Source: Balanoglossus misakiensis
Taxonomy: Eukaryota; Animalia; Hemichordata
Length of the DNA: 64,000 nucleotides
Direction of reading: 5' to 3'
Assembly (NCBI GenBank): GCA_040954595.2
Contig: CM082576.2
Coordinates: 544,648-608,647 of the forward strand
The position numbers and the translations under genes were made by a program. Of this stretch, positions 25,376 to 38,300 are shown piece by piece. Every line of letters begins with the position of its first letter. Positions within the stretch are counted from its first letter, which is position 1. The notes beneath the pieces are model-generated. The model was not told the DNA's origin. It ran no database searches and saw nothing but the letters and a program-made list of their open reading frames with translations.

Positions 25376-28300
25376 TTAATATCGAATCTGATGCCGTTCC
25401 ACTCGGAAACTAGCGACTCGAAGTAAAGAGCGTAAACACTATATGTTGGGCGGTACTTATAGACTTGCCGAAAATAAAGACAGACAACAAAACCCATCAT
25501 TGACGGTCTCCACTTATTTTTTGTGCCTGGCTACTTAAAAGTCCGCAAGTGAAGTACATCCAGACATTCGATCCGAACACATGGTAAAACCTGGCTCTAT
25601 AGTTACCACCCAGCTACACATTGGTTCACCCAGCAGTTGGGATTTTGTTTTCTTTGAGACTTGCTGGCGATCTGAATGCTATTTTTTACTCCGAACCTTA
25701 TGACAGTTCTACAGGCGTTGTGGCTATGTTTTCAGAGGACAGAGTAACTTTCCACCACACACTATGCAGTTCGCATTAAAGTCTATTGATTTCTAATTGT
25801 GACAATTAAAATGTCGCATATTTCGAAATGGAAACTTTATTTATTATACTTCATAAACTGGATAGACAAAAGTTAAGAAATGATTTCCGCCGTTTAACAC
25901 CCCAATCCAGCAACTTTGAATTAAAAAAAACCCACGTGTACAAAAGTCTGTACATTACACAAAAGAGGATTTCCCCTTGGGAGGTGAACCTGCTCCATTC
26001 TGTCAGCTTACAACTACAGTTATGATCTAATATGACCCTTTGCCGCTGATCATGAATAATTGATTTGATATAAACAAGAATAAAAGTTTGTCTCTTGTCG
26101 GCTTAAATAGGCTAGTGTTGAGTGTGTTTCAAGTATACGGACTCCACGCGAGGCACTGATAAGACGAGAAGAGAACATTACCTATGTGTAACTAAGGCGA
26201 TAAGCAAGTTGGATGAAGTGCTCTCCGACGCCCATCGTGAGGGGATAGTGATTGCAAAGTAATGTTCCGTCTGTCAATCACCCCTTGGAACGCAGCCACT
26301 AACCCCACTGATAAGATACCCGTCAAAATTTAAATTTGTTCTTCAGTTTTTGAGCATCAGATAACTGGAGGTACGTGTCTTGGATAGTTGGGTCTGTGAA
26401 CGGACACTGCGCGCTGTCGCAGTCGCTAGGGGTTTCTTCGGTTGGCCGAGTCTATTTTTTACGCAGCAAACGCCGAGCCCTTATCGCTTAATTCATCGTC
26501 ATTTCTTTGGAGACCAAAGATGACATCAGCTTTGATTTTTTAACGTGTATTAATAGATGATATATCATATGAATGCTTGGCGCGTGGAGAAATCTTAACA
26601 CGCAATTTCACGGGAACAATGACTGCTGATCAGACAGTATAGCGGCGTATTGGGTAGCAGGTAGAAGGCTGGGAAATGACAAAGCAGCTGGATAGAATTA
26701 TTTATTTCGTCTTCTGGACGCTTTAATTGTGGGTAATTGTTTGCGTTTAAACTGGCGTGCGAATGAAGTATGGATGGGAAGAAAAGATAGGTGCACGCTC
26801 TAAGTGAAATATATTAACCGCAAACACACGGTGCGTAGAAGCTGTTTAAGTGCGTGTGATGTCAACGTGTTTACATGGATACAACCGGAATGAATTCCCG
26901 CCAAAATCAATTTATGGAAAACGAAATAATTTAGAGGCTGTTCAGGAACAGATCGGGAAATAAAAATGTTTGAAGAAAGTTGCGGGTCAGTTTATCCCAC
27001 CGAGAGATTACAGTAAAAACCAAGGCGACGGATGAGTCGTATGAATTCACGGCGACTGATTGATTCTTCTGTCGTGAAATCCTTATAAATAAGAAAAACG
27101 TTGAGCGAGCTCTGGGGCTACCCGTTGTATTCAATTAATAATGAACATTTCGGGAAAGAACACCACCTCCACAAACCCGGCGTTATGGCCCGAATTTGTT
27201 CGTTTACAATCGGATAATGGCTGGATTCACAACTTAATCATCAAATAAGTAAATAATTAATCATGTCCCCTACATTGTAGTGTTTTCACGAATTTCTAGT
27301 TTGTTCATGAAGTTCCTTTGAAATCAAAATAAAACCCACCACGTTTTTATAGATCTGGGTTGTACCCGTATTTGATTTGGCAGTACGTCTGGCGTTTGAC
27401 AGCTGAATGGAGCCAGTCGACGAGTCGTCTTCGTTGGCGTTGCTGGAGCCACTTTGAATGGGTCTCACCCATTACTGATCGCCCAGGAGTTAAAGGTTGT
27501 GTTCGTTTAGTGCAGACACACCACGCCAAATTGTATTCATTTTGCTCGCCTCAGACACGTTTTCGCCACTCAGTGTTTGTTAGCGTATTACAACGGTCAA
27601 CAGCACTGTTTGCCGTGCAAATTTGTTCGGGGTTTGTGCCATTCTCAACGTGGCAGCCACGCTGATTAATCGTAACAACGCGCTCTGTTCACGGTTATTA
27701 CGGATGAGTCTGTACGCTCCTCCCCCCGTCCCCTGTTTTCAAGTTTCTGGAAGCTTTCGTCTGATCTCGTTGCGAAGTTTTTACTGCAAATTAATAAGAG
27801 GTAACCAAAGAAACATGATGCGTGTTCTTTGTGAGATAGTATATTTGCTTTGTCGACTGGGTCAGGGGATACGGTACCGGCAAATTGCCGAGAAGTGCAG
27901 TGGCCGCCATTCTGTTTTGAGTTCATGGTAAAGTTCAACTTCAAAAGAAAACAGCAAGATAAAAATTACGGTATTGCTTCACTTGAAATCCCGGGTATCT
28001 GTCTTTTTGCCGTATTTTTAACACAAATATCATTAGGATCATCTGATTTTACTCTTACTTCTTTGAAATTTCGACTGGGATTTTCAAAATCGGCATACTA
28101 TTCCTATTGTAACGTTGTAATCTTATAAACTTACTGAAGTGTTGATGAATACCGAAGAGATTTAGAATTGATGTCTTCTAATTTCTAATACATATTCCGT
28201 GCAAGTGTAATACCTAACAACATTTATGCATTTCTAGACCATCACATTAACGCAAGAAAACCTCAATTTGAAAGTGAAATCGCCAAAACTAATGCGGACT

Positions 28301-31300
28301 GATAGAGCTACCCAGGCTTTAAACAAACTAACAATGGGAAATAATAGGATAATAACCCGACAAGTTTTTCATTTCATTAATTTTTTAAGAAGTAAATGAT
28401 TAGCTAATACACGTTATCTCCATGCGTAAAACAGAAATGTAAACGATGTCGGAAAGCATTTTTGTAAATAGGAATAACTTATATGAACAACAAATATGAT
28501 ACAATTTGCGCATTGAGACCTGGAAATTCCGCCTGATTGATAGAAACGTCGGCTTTCTTCCTATATTTTCCGATACATTAATGATTTTCTGAAAAATACT
28601 CATTTCTCGTCCGACAAAAACCATTTTCAGAAGACGAGTACGAACCACCGCTCCATGGAGGGTGTGAGTTCGAATTCGGGCTAACTGTAACGAGCTCAAG
28701 TCAAACCGAAGGCGGTGGAACCGCGGGGATTGGAATGTTCCAAAAAGCCAGCCTCTTGATTAGTTGTTCCATGGCCAGAAGGGGGACTAGTCTCGTGATC
28801 GGGTCCTCTCTCCCTGAACAGTGAAAGGCCCGGACATCATCGTTGTCATTTGTCGAACGGACGGGGCACGTAAAATAACATGCTCAATTTTCGGTGCTGA
28901 TTACTAGGGATTCGTTACAATCATAACAATGGGTAAATGATTAAGGGAAACTTTTTAAATAAACGCCCAATTTAAACTCTCTTTTGCTGGTAATCAATTG
29001 CAGAAACTGTGGATCAAATGAAAAATATAATATAGCTGTGGTTGCAATCAACTGTCGCTTGGCCAACGGCAGTTGTTTGGTTTTGAAATTAAATGCACCC
29101 ACCCCGAAGGTAGCCGGTGCTTTGCTCCCCTCTCCCGATGTGACTACACTTTTTATCGTTCAGCATTCGTGTCATACAAGTTGTACACTTAGAACGCTGA
29201 AATGTTCATATAGCACGGAAGCCCTGTTCTTTTCCGCGCTTACAGTTTGCTTATTAATCAAGCAAAATGTGCAGACAGCAGCGGGCTTCGGTTCTCCCAT
29301 TTCCCGATGCTGTTTGCTCAGGGTTCTTCTGTTTCATTCACCTTCACAAAAATAGCTAGTCGACGATTGTCGTTATTGCCCGTTGTAGTCGCTTTCAAAT
29401 GTCGACCCCGCGTTTTCCCCGCCTAAGCCTTCTTAATTTGGCGACACCAGTGCCTAAGACAGGCAAATCGTCGGTACAAATTATTCGTCCCCGACTCCGC
29501 TTAATTGGTGTAATTAGGAGCAATTACAATCCGAGCTCGTTTATTAATTGTCTTTGAACGCAAGAACATGACTTCGGGCAAAATTTATCTCTCGTACGTG
29601 CACTCGGTGTTTCGACATCGTCAAGTAAAAATGATGTCGCCGGTTTAAGCGACAGATTGCTACCGGCATTGTCTCATTTGCCGACCGTCTAAATGTTTTC
29701 AAACTTTAGGCTGGATAAAAAGAAAAATGAACCAGTGCCATCATGACGCTAGCTCATAAATTAACCCATAAATACGATTGGGAAAGAAATCTATGAGCGA
29801 TTCTTGGATCCTTGTAAATTTACAAAAAGTGAAATAGGGAGTTATAGGGCCTACATTCTAATTTACGGACGAGATGCCATCGAAATTTATTACAAATTAA
29901 ATATCCCCAAAATACCCTGTGGTACACAAAATCCTAATACGAACATTTTTATTAAAACTACTGAGGGGTTAACCACAAACTAGAGTAAACTTTATTTGTC
30001 GCTGTCTAAAACAATGGATTATTGACTGAATGGAACCAACGATTCTCGACGATGTGTTTTCATCTCTTAAAATATTATTTCATACAGTTTAGACGATGGA
30101 GGATGACAAAAATCAATTTCCGATATAGCACGGGTTTCGAGCAATTACAAAAAAGATTCCCTATTGCCTATACGGCATTACAACTCACAATATAAAGAAA
30201 TTTATATTCATCAGCGACTTTTTCAGGTTTCGATTAGTTTTTGGCGAGATTCCTATGTATTTATTTTGCTTATGTGACGTCACCAGGGCAAAATATGATC
30301 CATTTTATGCGAGATGAATAGAAAGATACACGACTGCGCTTTTATTTCATTTTAATGGCTACAAAAACGGCTTATTCACTGACGCAACGAGAAGATTAAA
30401 ACACAACCTTTCGCTGGCCGTTGTCACTTTCTCCGACACGGTCTATCGTTCAGCGGTCTTTTTATGACGTTTCTTCGATATTAAAGTTACCGGGCCCTAG
30501 TTACCAGACATGCTTTTACTATATGCATTGGCAAAACAAGGATTGATGTTGGATTTCTATTCTGGATATCCCTTGGAGAACACTATGATGTTCATGTCGG
30601 ATGATGCCTTAACTTTTGTCACATTGTTTGTCGATTGCAGACATCATCTTCTCTCACTGGAAAGCAGCGCTATTACTCTTCACATAGCCATAAAGAGCTA
30701 ATCTCTATTCCTCATATCTGCGAACAATATCATTTAAACCTTAAACACAGATTGCTTTTAAACTAGACCGCATAAACGGTGATTAATAGGGTAATTATAA
30801 GTTTTGCAGTAGCGTAATACCATACAATTGGAAAAATAATCCAGGATATATCGCTTTTGTTCCCATTCAAAGATTGCATAGAAATATCTCTCTGGAATTG
30901 TTGAATTTCGTGTGAAAATAAACCTGGTATTAGCTAATTCTACAAAAGGCAGTTAATACTTGTGGAACACAGACGAATAACATATGTACAGGAGTTACTG
31001 GGAAAATCACGGTTTTAGATTTCTTGGTTTAAAAAACTCTGAACGCGTTTCGTTCAAATAACGTTACTGTGAATTGCGTTGCTTGTTGCCATGGATCTGG
31101 ACAGTAAAAGTAGTTTTCGCTGGAAATGGGGAAGATTGGGCGCGTCGACGTTGGGCAGATCCGCAGCCAGGGATGCCACAACGTCAAGTTCAAACATAGC
31201 CCAGGCGGCATCACTCTTTGAATTGCTTTGCTAGAACGGTTACCCTATCAATCTAAACACTCGCCTGAACGGTATTATTTCGATACAAAACGGATGAATA

Positions 31301-32211
31301 CATGCTCCGCTTGCTATCCATCCATACTTCAATAAAACAGAACAATTTGTAAATAATGCAAATTCAGACCTACTCCTCGGGGTGTTCGCTGTAAAAAAAA
31401 CTACAGACTGGCGACGGTCTGGCAGGGAAACGTTCCTATAATACCCAGGAGAATGCTCTCCTTCCTCGGCTGGGTTTTCTTTTTTGATTCATTTAAGAAA
31501 ATATAATTAAAAGGAGCAGAAAGGGGGCATTTAAAGAGTAGTGAAAGAATTACAAAGAAGGGCGTTGGGGCAGATCGCGGCTAGACGCGGCGAAATAGAC
31601 AGTATCTGATTGAAATATAGACATCCAGTCGAGTTTATTATCAATATGAATATTTCATGAATCGCCGCCACTGTCTCTGTCCTCTATGTGCAAATCTTTT
31701 GCTTTGCGCCGGTCAATCAAAGACAGACATTTTTCTCAATATTTGAAAACTCATGGATGGTTTGGTGTAGAGCGCACTCGCCCTGGTTAAATGTATTTCG
31801 TGCTCCGAAACCATTTTTGGGGAATGGTATTCATTGGAAAGTGAAATCGGAGATTCCACTAACTAATCATGTAATGGGCGGTGAAAGTACTCCATACAGC
31901 ATCGCCAATTACACGGATATTGGTAACTTTCAACTTGAGATGCTAAAGGCAGCGTCGAATCTGACGAAATACTCAAACTGGAATTCTCACAGCTCTCTCA
32001 TTTTCATTCGCGAACAATGATCGTTTTTTTTTTCTTCGCAACCATCCTTCGGAAGCAAACTTAAACACTGAGTTGTCATTCCCAGGCACGTCCTTTTATT
32101 CAGATCGTAAAATGAAGTTAATTGGAGACACAATATTGTTGTTGAGTTATAAAGGAGCATAGAGGCAGTGATTTGGCGAATGCGATCTCTGCATCCGGGT
32201 ATATGGCAAAG

Positions 32212-32330
32212 TGTTTGTCTGTCTGTGTGTCTATACCTATCTATCTGTATGCCTGCTGTCTGTTTGTCCGACTGTCTATCCACCCATCTAGCCATCTATA
32301 TATCTGTCTGTCTGTCTGTCTGTCTGTCTG
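32212..32330. repeat. Degenerate (TCTG/TCTA)n microsatellite
   Basis: (TCTG)7 at 32303-32330 preceded by degenerate units. Confidence 0.88.
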
Positions 32331-35300
32331 GCCCCCTCTTCTCCTCTTTCCTTTCTCAGCTAATATCTACTACACACATGGCGGTAAGTTTTATGTCGAG
32401 ATTTTCTTGTAGCACTTGAAAGTGGACATACGAGCTTAACTTAAATTCTTGTTTTTTCTTTTCCCTAGCGTTTATCATTGAAATTTCCGTTCATTTAATG
32501 CTATTATTAATATTGACATGTTAGTTGAAGACTCGGAAGGTCCATGAAACATGAATAGGCGTAAATGCCAAAGAGGGATTGTAGACGAGAGTAAAGGGTT
32601 TGTTTTTTATATATAAAAAGACATTGACATTCTCTTCAGCGTGACATTCAAACGTTATATCTAATTCATACAGTACGTCCATGATATGTTCAATTAAAGC
32701 AGTGTACAATATTTGATTATCAAGGAAGATTTGAATTTGTTGTAAATAAAGATGGTGGTTATTGCCGGTTATTGCTGTGACAAATGCAATTGTTTTCAGA
32801 ACACGGTTTGCTGCAGCAAATCAATCAATGATTTAGAAAACTTCCTAATAGCAAGTGACACGGTGACCCGCGGACGGCCTACCCTTGAGATTTCCGTTTT
32901 TATTCTTTTGGTGTGGGAGTTCTGTCCCATACGTTTAATTTCTTTGTTATCGTGATCAGTAATTTTGTTCACGATTTGTTGCCCGTTGATTTTGTTTGCT
33001 CTAAAGATAACTCAATTTAAAACTTGCAATTCAGTTGTGTTGTGATAATTGCCCGGATTACATTGGCATTTGCACCAAGCATTTCAGACAGATTGTCAAG
33101 GTAAGTGGCATTTCTCTTATTCTATGTAATGAACTGAAGTGTATTAAAATTATCTCGGCGATGGTTTAGAGACAGCGATTCGGGAGGCGGAGTGGAGTAG
33201 ACTGGACGTCGATCACATGCATACACATATAATGTATAAGCATCGACATACTCCATATTTAATAGAGGTGGAGATGGTTTGACTCGCCGTGTAGGGAGCT
33301 GGTCATAACTATTCATACCTTATAGAGAGACTGGCAGAACGTGATTTTGCATCAGACGCTATCTCTTAAAATAAAAATGGCGGCATAAAAATGACTTATT
33401 ATGATCAGTAACAAAACAGGTAGATTGATAGAACTGAAAAAACAGACATTTTATTCGATGATTGCTGTGTGTGTGTGATATCATAGAGAACCCATAACGA
33501 TATTGCTTGCATTTGTATGACGTTACTTTACACTATTGCTATTCTTATATGTAGTTTCATAATTTTATTGATATTTTAAAAATGTTTTCCTGTTTTTTGT
33601 TTACTTTTTATTTCTTCTTTACTATTTGCTATTTACAAGTGAAGAATTTACGCTATTAACGTTTAACATTTAAATATCGAGATATGTGTGACTATATGAG
33701 TGACTTCCTTCACTAATAGGGCGTCTTACGTCTGTTGCTTTTGAAGTGAAAATGTTAGGTTTTGTTGTTACTGAAGCGCGTGGGATGTGTAAGTCGCGCA
33801 TCTTATGTCTGTTATACCCAACACGCAGGTAAAAACCGATCCATTAGAAGTGTAACACACGTAAGGTCATCACTGGTATGGTTTCACCTCAATGAGATGG
33901 TGGTAAATCTTGTGTCGGTGTCTCCCTAGTTACAGATTGAAATTATCCGCGGAGAATATCAAATGCGACGTGCCTGGGGTCATCCACTCCTGGGAAGTGG
34001 TCTGCCTTCCCCAGGAAGTCCAACCTTCAGGTCAGCTTACTCACTAAAGTCATAGTGACGGTATCATCCTGTCGTGTTTGTCACTTTGTGAGCGAGCGTG
34101 CAGCATGCACTTCTCGGGGTGCGCACGGTGAATGGTGCGCATGCCCGGACGGAGTGCTCAAGTTGGCTGCGTTATGGCAGAGACAATGTCTATGGTTGTG
34201 GCGATCTCGCTGCTGATAATGCTGCGAGAACAGAAATCATGCACACGACCATGTCTGACTGAATCCCTTGAAACGAAACTATATTCAGCCGTCATTCGGG
34301 ATATCGAATTCAGGCCGCCTGAGCCCGGATGCACTGACAGAATACAGGTATTTAAACACGGGTGTGCAACTACATGCGCCAAATTATGCGATAAATAAAC
34401 GCTCACAGCAACCTTGACAGGGTGTATTCTTCGATTTAGTTGAGGAGCAATTGAAACGGATCTAAACGAACATTCTGACAGTCAGCCCACGTTTATTCAA
34501 TGTCCACCAATCAGGGCGTGGCTAATCGTATGTGACGTCGACGAAGGGAGGAGCCAAAAAGTTTGGCCAGACCGATTTGAATTGACAAATACAATTGGAA
34601 AAGTTTGTGTACTCAGATAATCAGGACCAACAAAATTCTCCTCTCGATGAGAATGCAACATTGCAGCAGGCTCCGCGTCAAAACAAAACAAAGAAATCTT
34701 GCAATATCTAGAAAGGAGTTCCTCTATCTCCCAGTCACGACAAAGAAGTCGTGAAAGTTTGATTTTAACGGACTGAATAGAGTCACCATGTTTTTCGTGT
34801 TCCAAAATGATGATTTGATCACACATGTCAGTATGTCGAAATCTTTCCAAACTAATTCCGAAAACAAAAATTTCGAAAAATTACGTTGTTTGTCAAATAA
34901 AAAGACCAGAAATGAATGGGGACGTCAGAATGCCAACGAAAGAAGGAACGTATACGAGTGAATGTCAAAAATAACACAGACAGACAGAATCGCACAATCT
35001 TCCATCTCTCTTTTCAAGGTAACTGCCCTTGAAGACGGAGTTTAGATAGATGGTTAAGCTGTCGAGATTTACTCTACGCCAAGACGCTTGATTGACTACT
35101 GTATCTGAGTGCCCGAAATGAACAACCGTAATGAACATTCCACCGATTAACTTAAGTAAATAACCAGCTATCATACAAATGCATTGGATTGTCTCATGTC
35201 CATTACATGCCTTGATTGACAGCTCTGTCCATCAACAATACATTGCTTCCAACAATTGCATTTTTTCCTCCGTTATGCCCGCGAATGTCGTAATTCTTAA

Positions 35301-38300
35301 GTTAACATTTTTCAGTGTATCAACGTAAAATGTTTATCCGTACTAAGTTTTGAAATACAACTGGTATGAGAGTGTTTTATTTAGATATGTTTGCAATCGT
35401 GGCTAATGTTGGCATACATTCTTTGATTGGACACTGAGCGGGAAACAGAACGTGAAACTAATCAAAGAGACTTCAGACCAAAAATGGCGCGTATTCTCCG
35501 CACCTTGTTTGACTCAAAAGAAAACTTACTCAGCGAATTTTAAATCGGCTCTCAGCACGGGAGGGATGTTCAACCTTGTTCTTTTTTCTTGACTGTTTAA
35601 CGGATCAATTGAACGCAGAACATGAACTGTTGTGATTCAAACGTACGTAGATATCGAGTGTGTGTTTATATAGGCATATGTATATGTAATTTAGAATTGC
35701 ATCTTTTTCTGTGTCCTTCGGTGTGTTTTTTTTTAATTTCTTAAGAGTTCGTGCCTAACGATTGTAATTTTACCAAAGCTCGACCGTACATCAAATAACC
35801 AATTCCTTGTTCAAATCCTTTTTTAAAAATCGTTTTCATTTTTTTTATTTTTGCCAAATCCCCTTTATGTCGTTCTGCCATGTGTACAATCGATCCGTTT
35901 TGCTCGGTTTGGACATGAATAAGCCATAAATTGCCTTGATCACTAACTGTACACGTCAGATGACGATCGCCTCCCAAATCATCCTCAAAGCTCGGCCGAT
36001 GATACATTAAATGGTCTACAGACTAGAGGGGGAAATAAACACCGGGTGAACAATGTGTAGAAATCAGTCGCTTTTAGCGAATGCAAAGAGCGAGGTTTGG
36101 CGAATAAATAGCAGAAATTGACGATCAAAAGCCCATGAGTACATAAACGTGTTGGTTTCAAACAAATGGAGAGATTTCGGGCAATTTGTTAAAACGCGGC
36201 TTATCAGGGCGACTGGCGCTCCAACAATGCCATGTGCACGGCGACAGAACTTCCACACAATAGTCGCTGTCACGTGATAGTCGTTAAACCGTATCATTAG
36301 AAAGTAAGTTCGGAGACAGACATTAATTACACGTTCGGAAGCCAAGAATAATGGTTTGCTTCTCTTTGCCAAACCAGGGGAACAAACTAACCAGTCGCCC
36401 GAGTTTGACCCAGAAGCGCAATGCACGCGCCAACACATCATCCTCCACAAAGGCTAACAATACAACCACGTCCTACTCCGACATTTCACTTTTAATTGAC
36501 GCTTGTTGGCGATTTGTAACTTTTTAATTGACGCAGGTGGGCATTTCCTAGAGGAAGCAGAAAATATCCTATCTATAGATCGATTCACGTTGTCTATTTC
36601 ATATTCGTATTGTATTATTATATAGCATCTCTTGTGGCGTTTCTTTCATCTGCCTGTTGATTCCCGTCGACTTGTTTTCGAATTAATATACTTCAATGAG
36701 TCAGCCCCCGTCGAGCTGAGGTATGTTTAAACGCCAGCGACGAATCTCTAGAAGAATTTACGGAGATGTGGATTCGAAAAAGTCCCTCCTTTTCACAGAA
36801 TCATTTTCAACCAAATAGCTGGGCAACATCTATCACCCACTGCCCTGTGTTCATTTCAATGATCTCTTTCGGTATGTAAATCAGATTGACAGACACTTTC
36901 CGAGGCTTTGAAGTATTTTCTCAGCTCCCCACGGACAACTAAGAAAAATGTGAATCCAAAGCAGTTGATTTAAGATCCATTGATTAAGATTGAAGAAATG
37001 TATGTGATAAATGAAGTATCGCGTGAACTCAGGGGTAATCGTGAACGAACGTGAATTTAAAAAAATACGCACACAAAAAAAATACGCAAATGATACGAGG
37101 AGAGAAAAGTTTTGAACCGGTTAATTAAACTGTTAATATTAATTTTGTAAATGCACGCTATTTAACAGTTTACAGACCAATGTTTAGGCTTTGTTAGGTT
37201 TGTCATAATATCATGATAGTAAACTGTTTTCAGATTTTGTTGACAAGTGTACCTATCATATGTTCCGCGTCGCAGTAATTGCGACAACCTCCAATAAAGA
37301 CCGGGTTAAACCGACTTCGTTTAAATTCAGACTGGGCGACCAAAATTACTAAAACTCAGGGAAAACAGCAATTATGATAATTGCGTCTGGTTTGTTTCCC
37401 TCCAACCTTTTTTGTCGTTGCCTTCTTTTCTTGATTTGCCCCTTGATTTTTATTTTTGAACGGTAAAGTCATAAATTACGAACATTTTGTGTGTTATTCA
37501 CGGGCACGAAATTTTGTTTCCCTTGAGGCGGTGGCAGAAAAAGCGGCGATAGAATGGGCACACCACGCTAACGATAATAAGGGGTTCTCGGCTGAAGTGG
37601 TTCTCATTAAAACGACTCTGATGTCTAAAGTGTCGGGTGAGCTAATGAGCCCGCAAGTTTCAAAAGAAGGAGATAAAAATTTATGTACGGAAAAAATAAG
37701 AAAATAATCAGACACAGGATTTGGGATACTCTCTCTTTGACTCGGTAAGTCGGACGAAGAATGGCCCATTCTCCAAGCCTTAGTTGTGTGCTGAGCTCAA
37801 AAGAAACGGTATGCCAAATTGAAAATCGAGTCAAACGTTGGGGTAATTACGAGAAACTGTATCAATAAAGGGTAAGCGATTTCCAATCAAAGAAAAGCAC
37901 AGATATGACGAGTGAAAAGGCCGCCTTACAATGCTGGTTTAACTACCGATTCTTAGGCACGTCCGAATGGAAACGCCGAGACGTTTGTGCGTGCAAACGC
38001 AAGTTAAAAACAGACGCATACATTGGCGTTGCATTATGTGGCATTTTACACGATGGAAACTCAACAATAATGTGAACGTATAGGATACCTCCTTAGAAGC
38101 GCAGCTTGCCTTTCACTGCGGGCTACAACATTGATGAAAACATTTTTTTCCAAACGTTGGCACACATTGTTCATAATTGTGAGAAGTCGCAAACACCATT
38201 CTACACGAGATATACGGGGATTATGCATGGTCCACAGACCATAATAAAAAATCGAAAGTGTACTTTAACTTTCATCAAAGTTCCATCAAGGTGGTCGTTT

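Noticed and set aside
28720-28880. SINE-like tail words (GGACGGGGCACGTAAAA); a similar hint at about 25560-25640
   Set aside because: No A/B-box tRNA head, no TSD and no second copy in the window, so it cannot be supported without a repeat library.
34132-34406. Overlapping ORFs on both strands in a GC-rich patch
   Set aside because: No recognisable homology or exon boundaries, and the lengths are expected by chance at this GC content.
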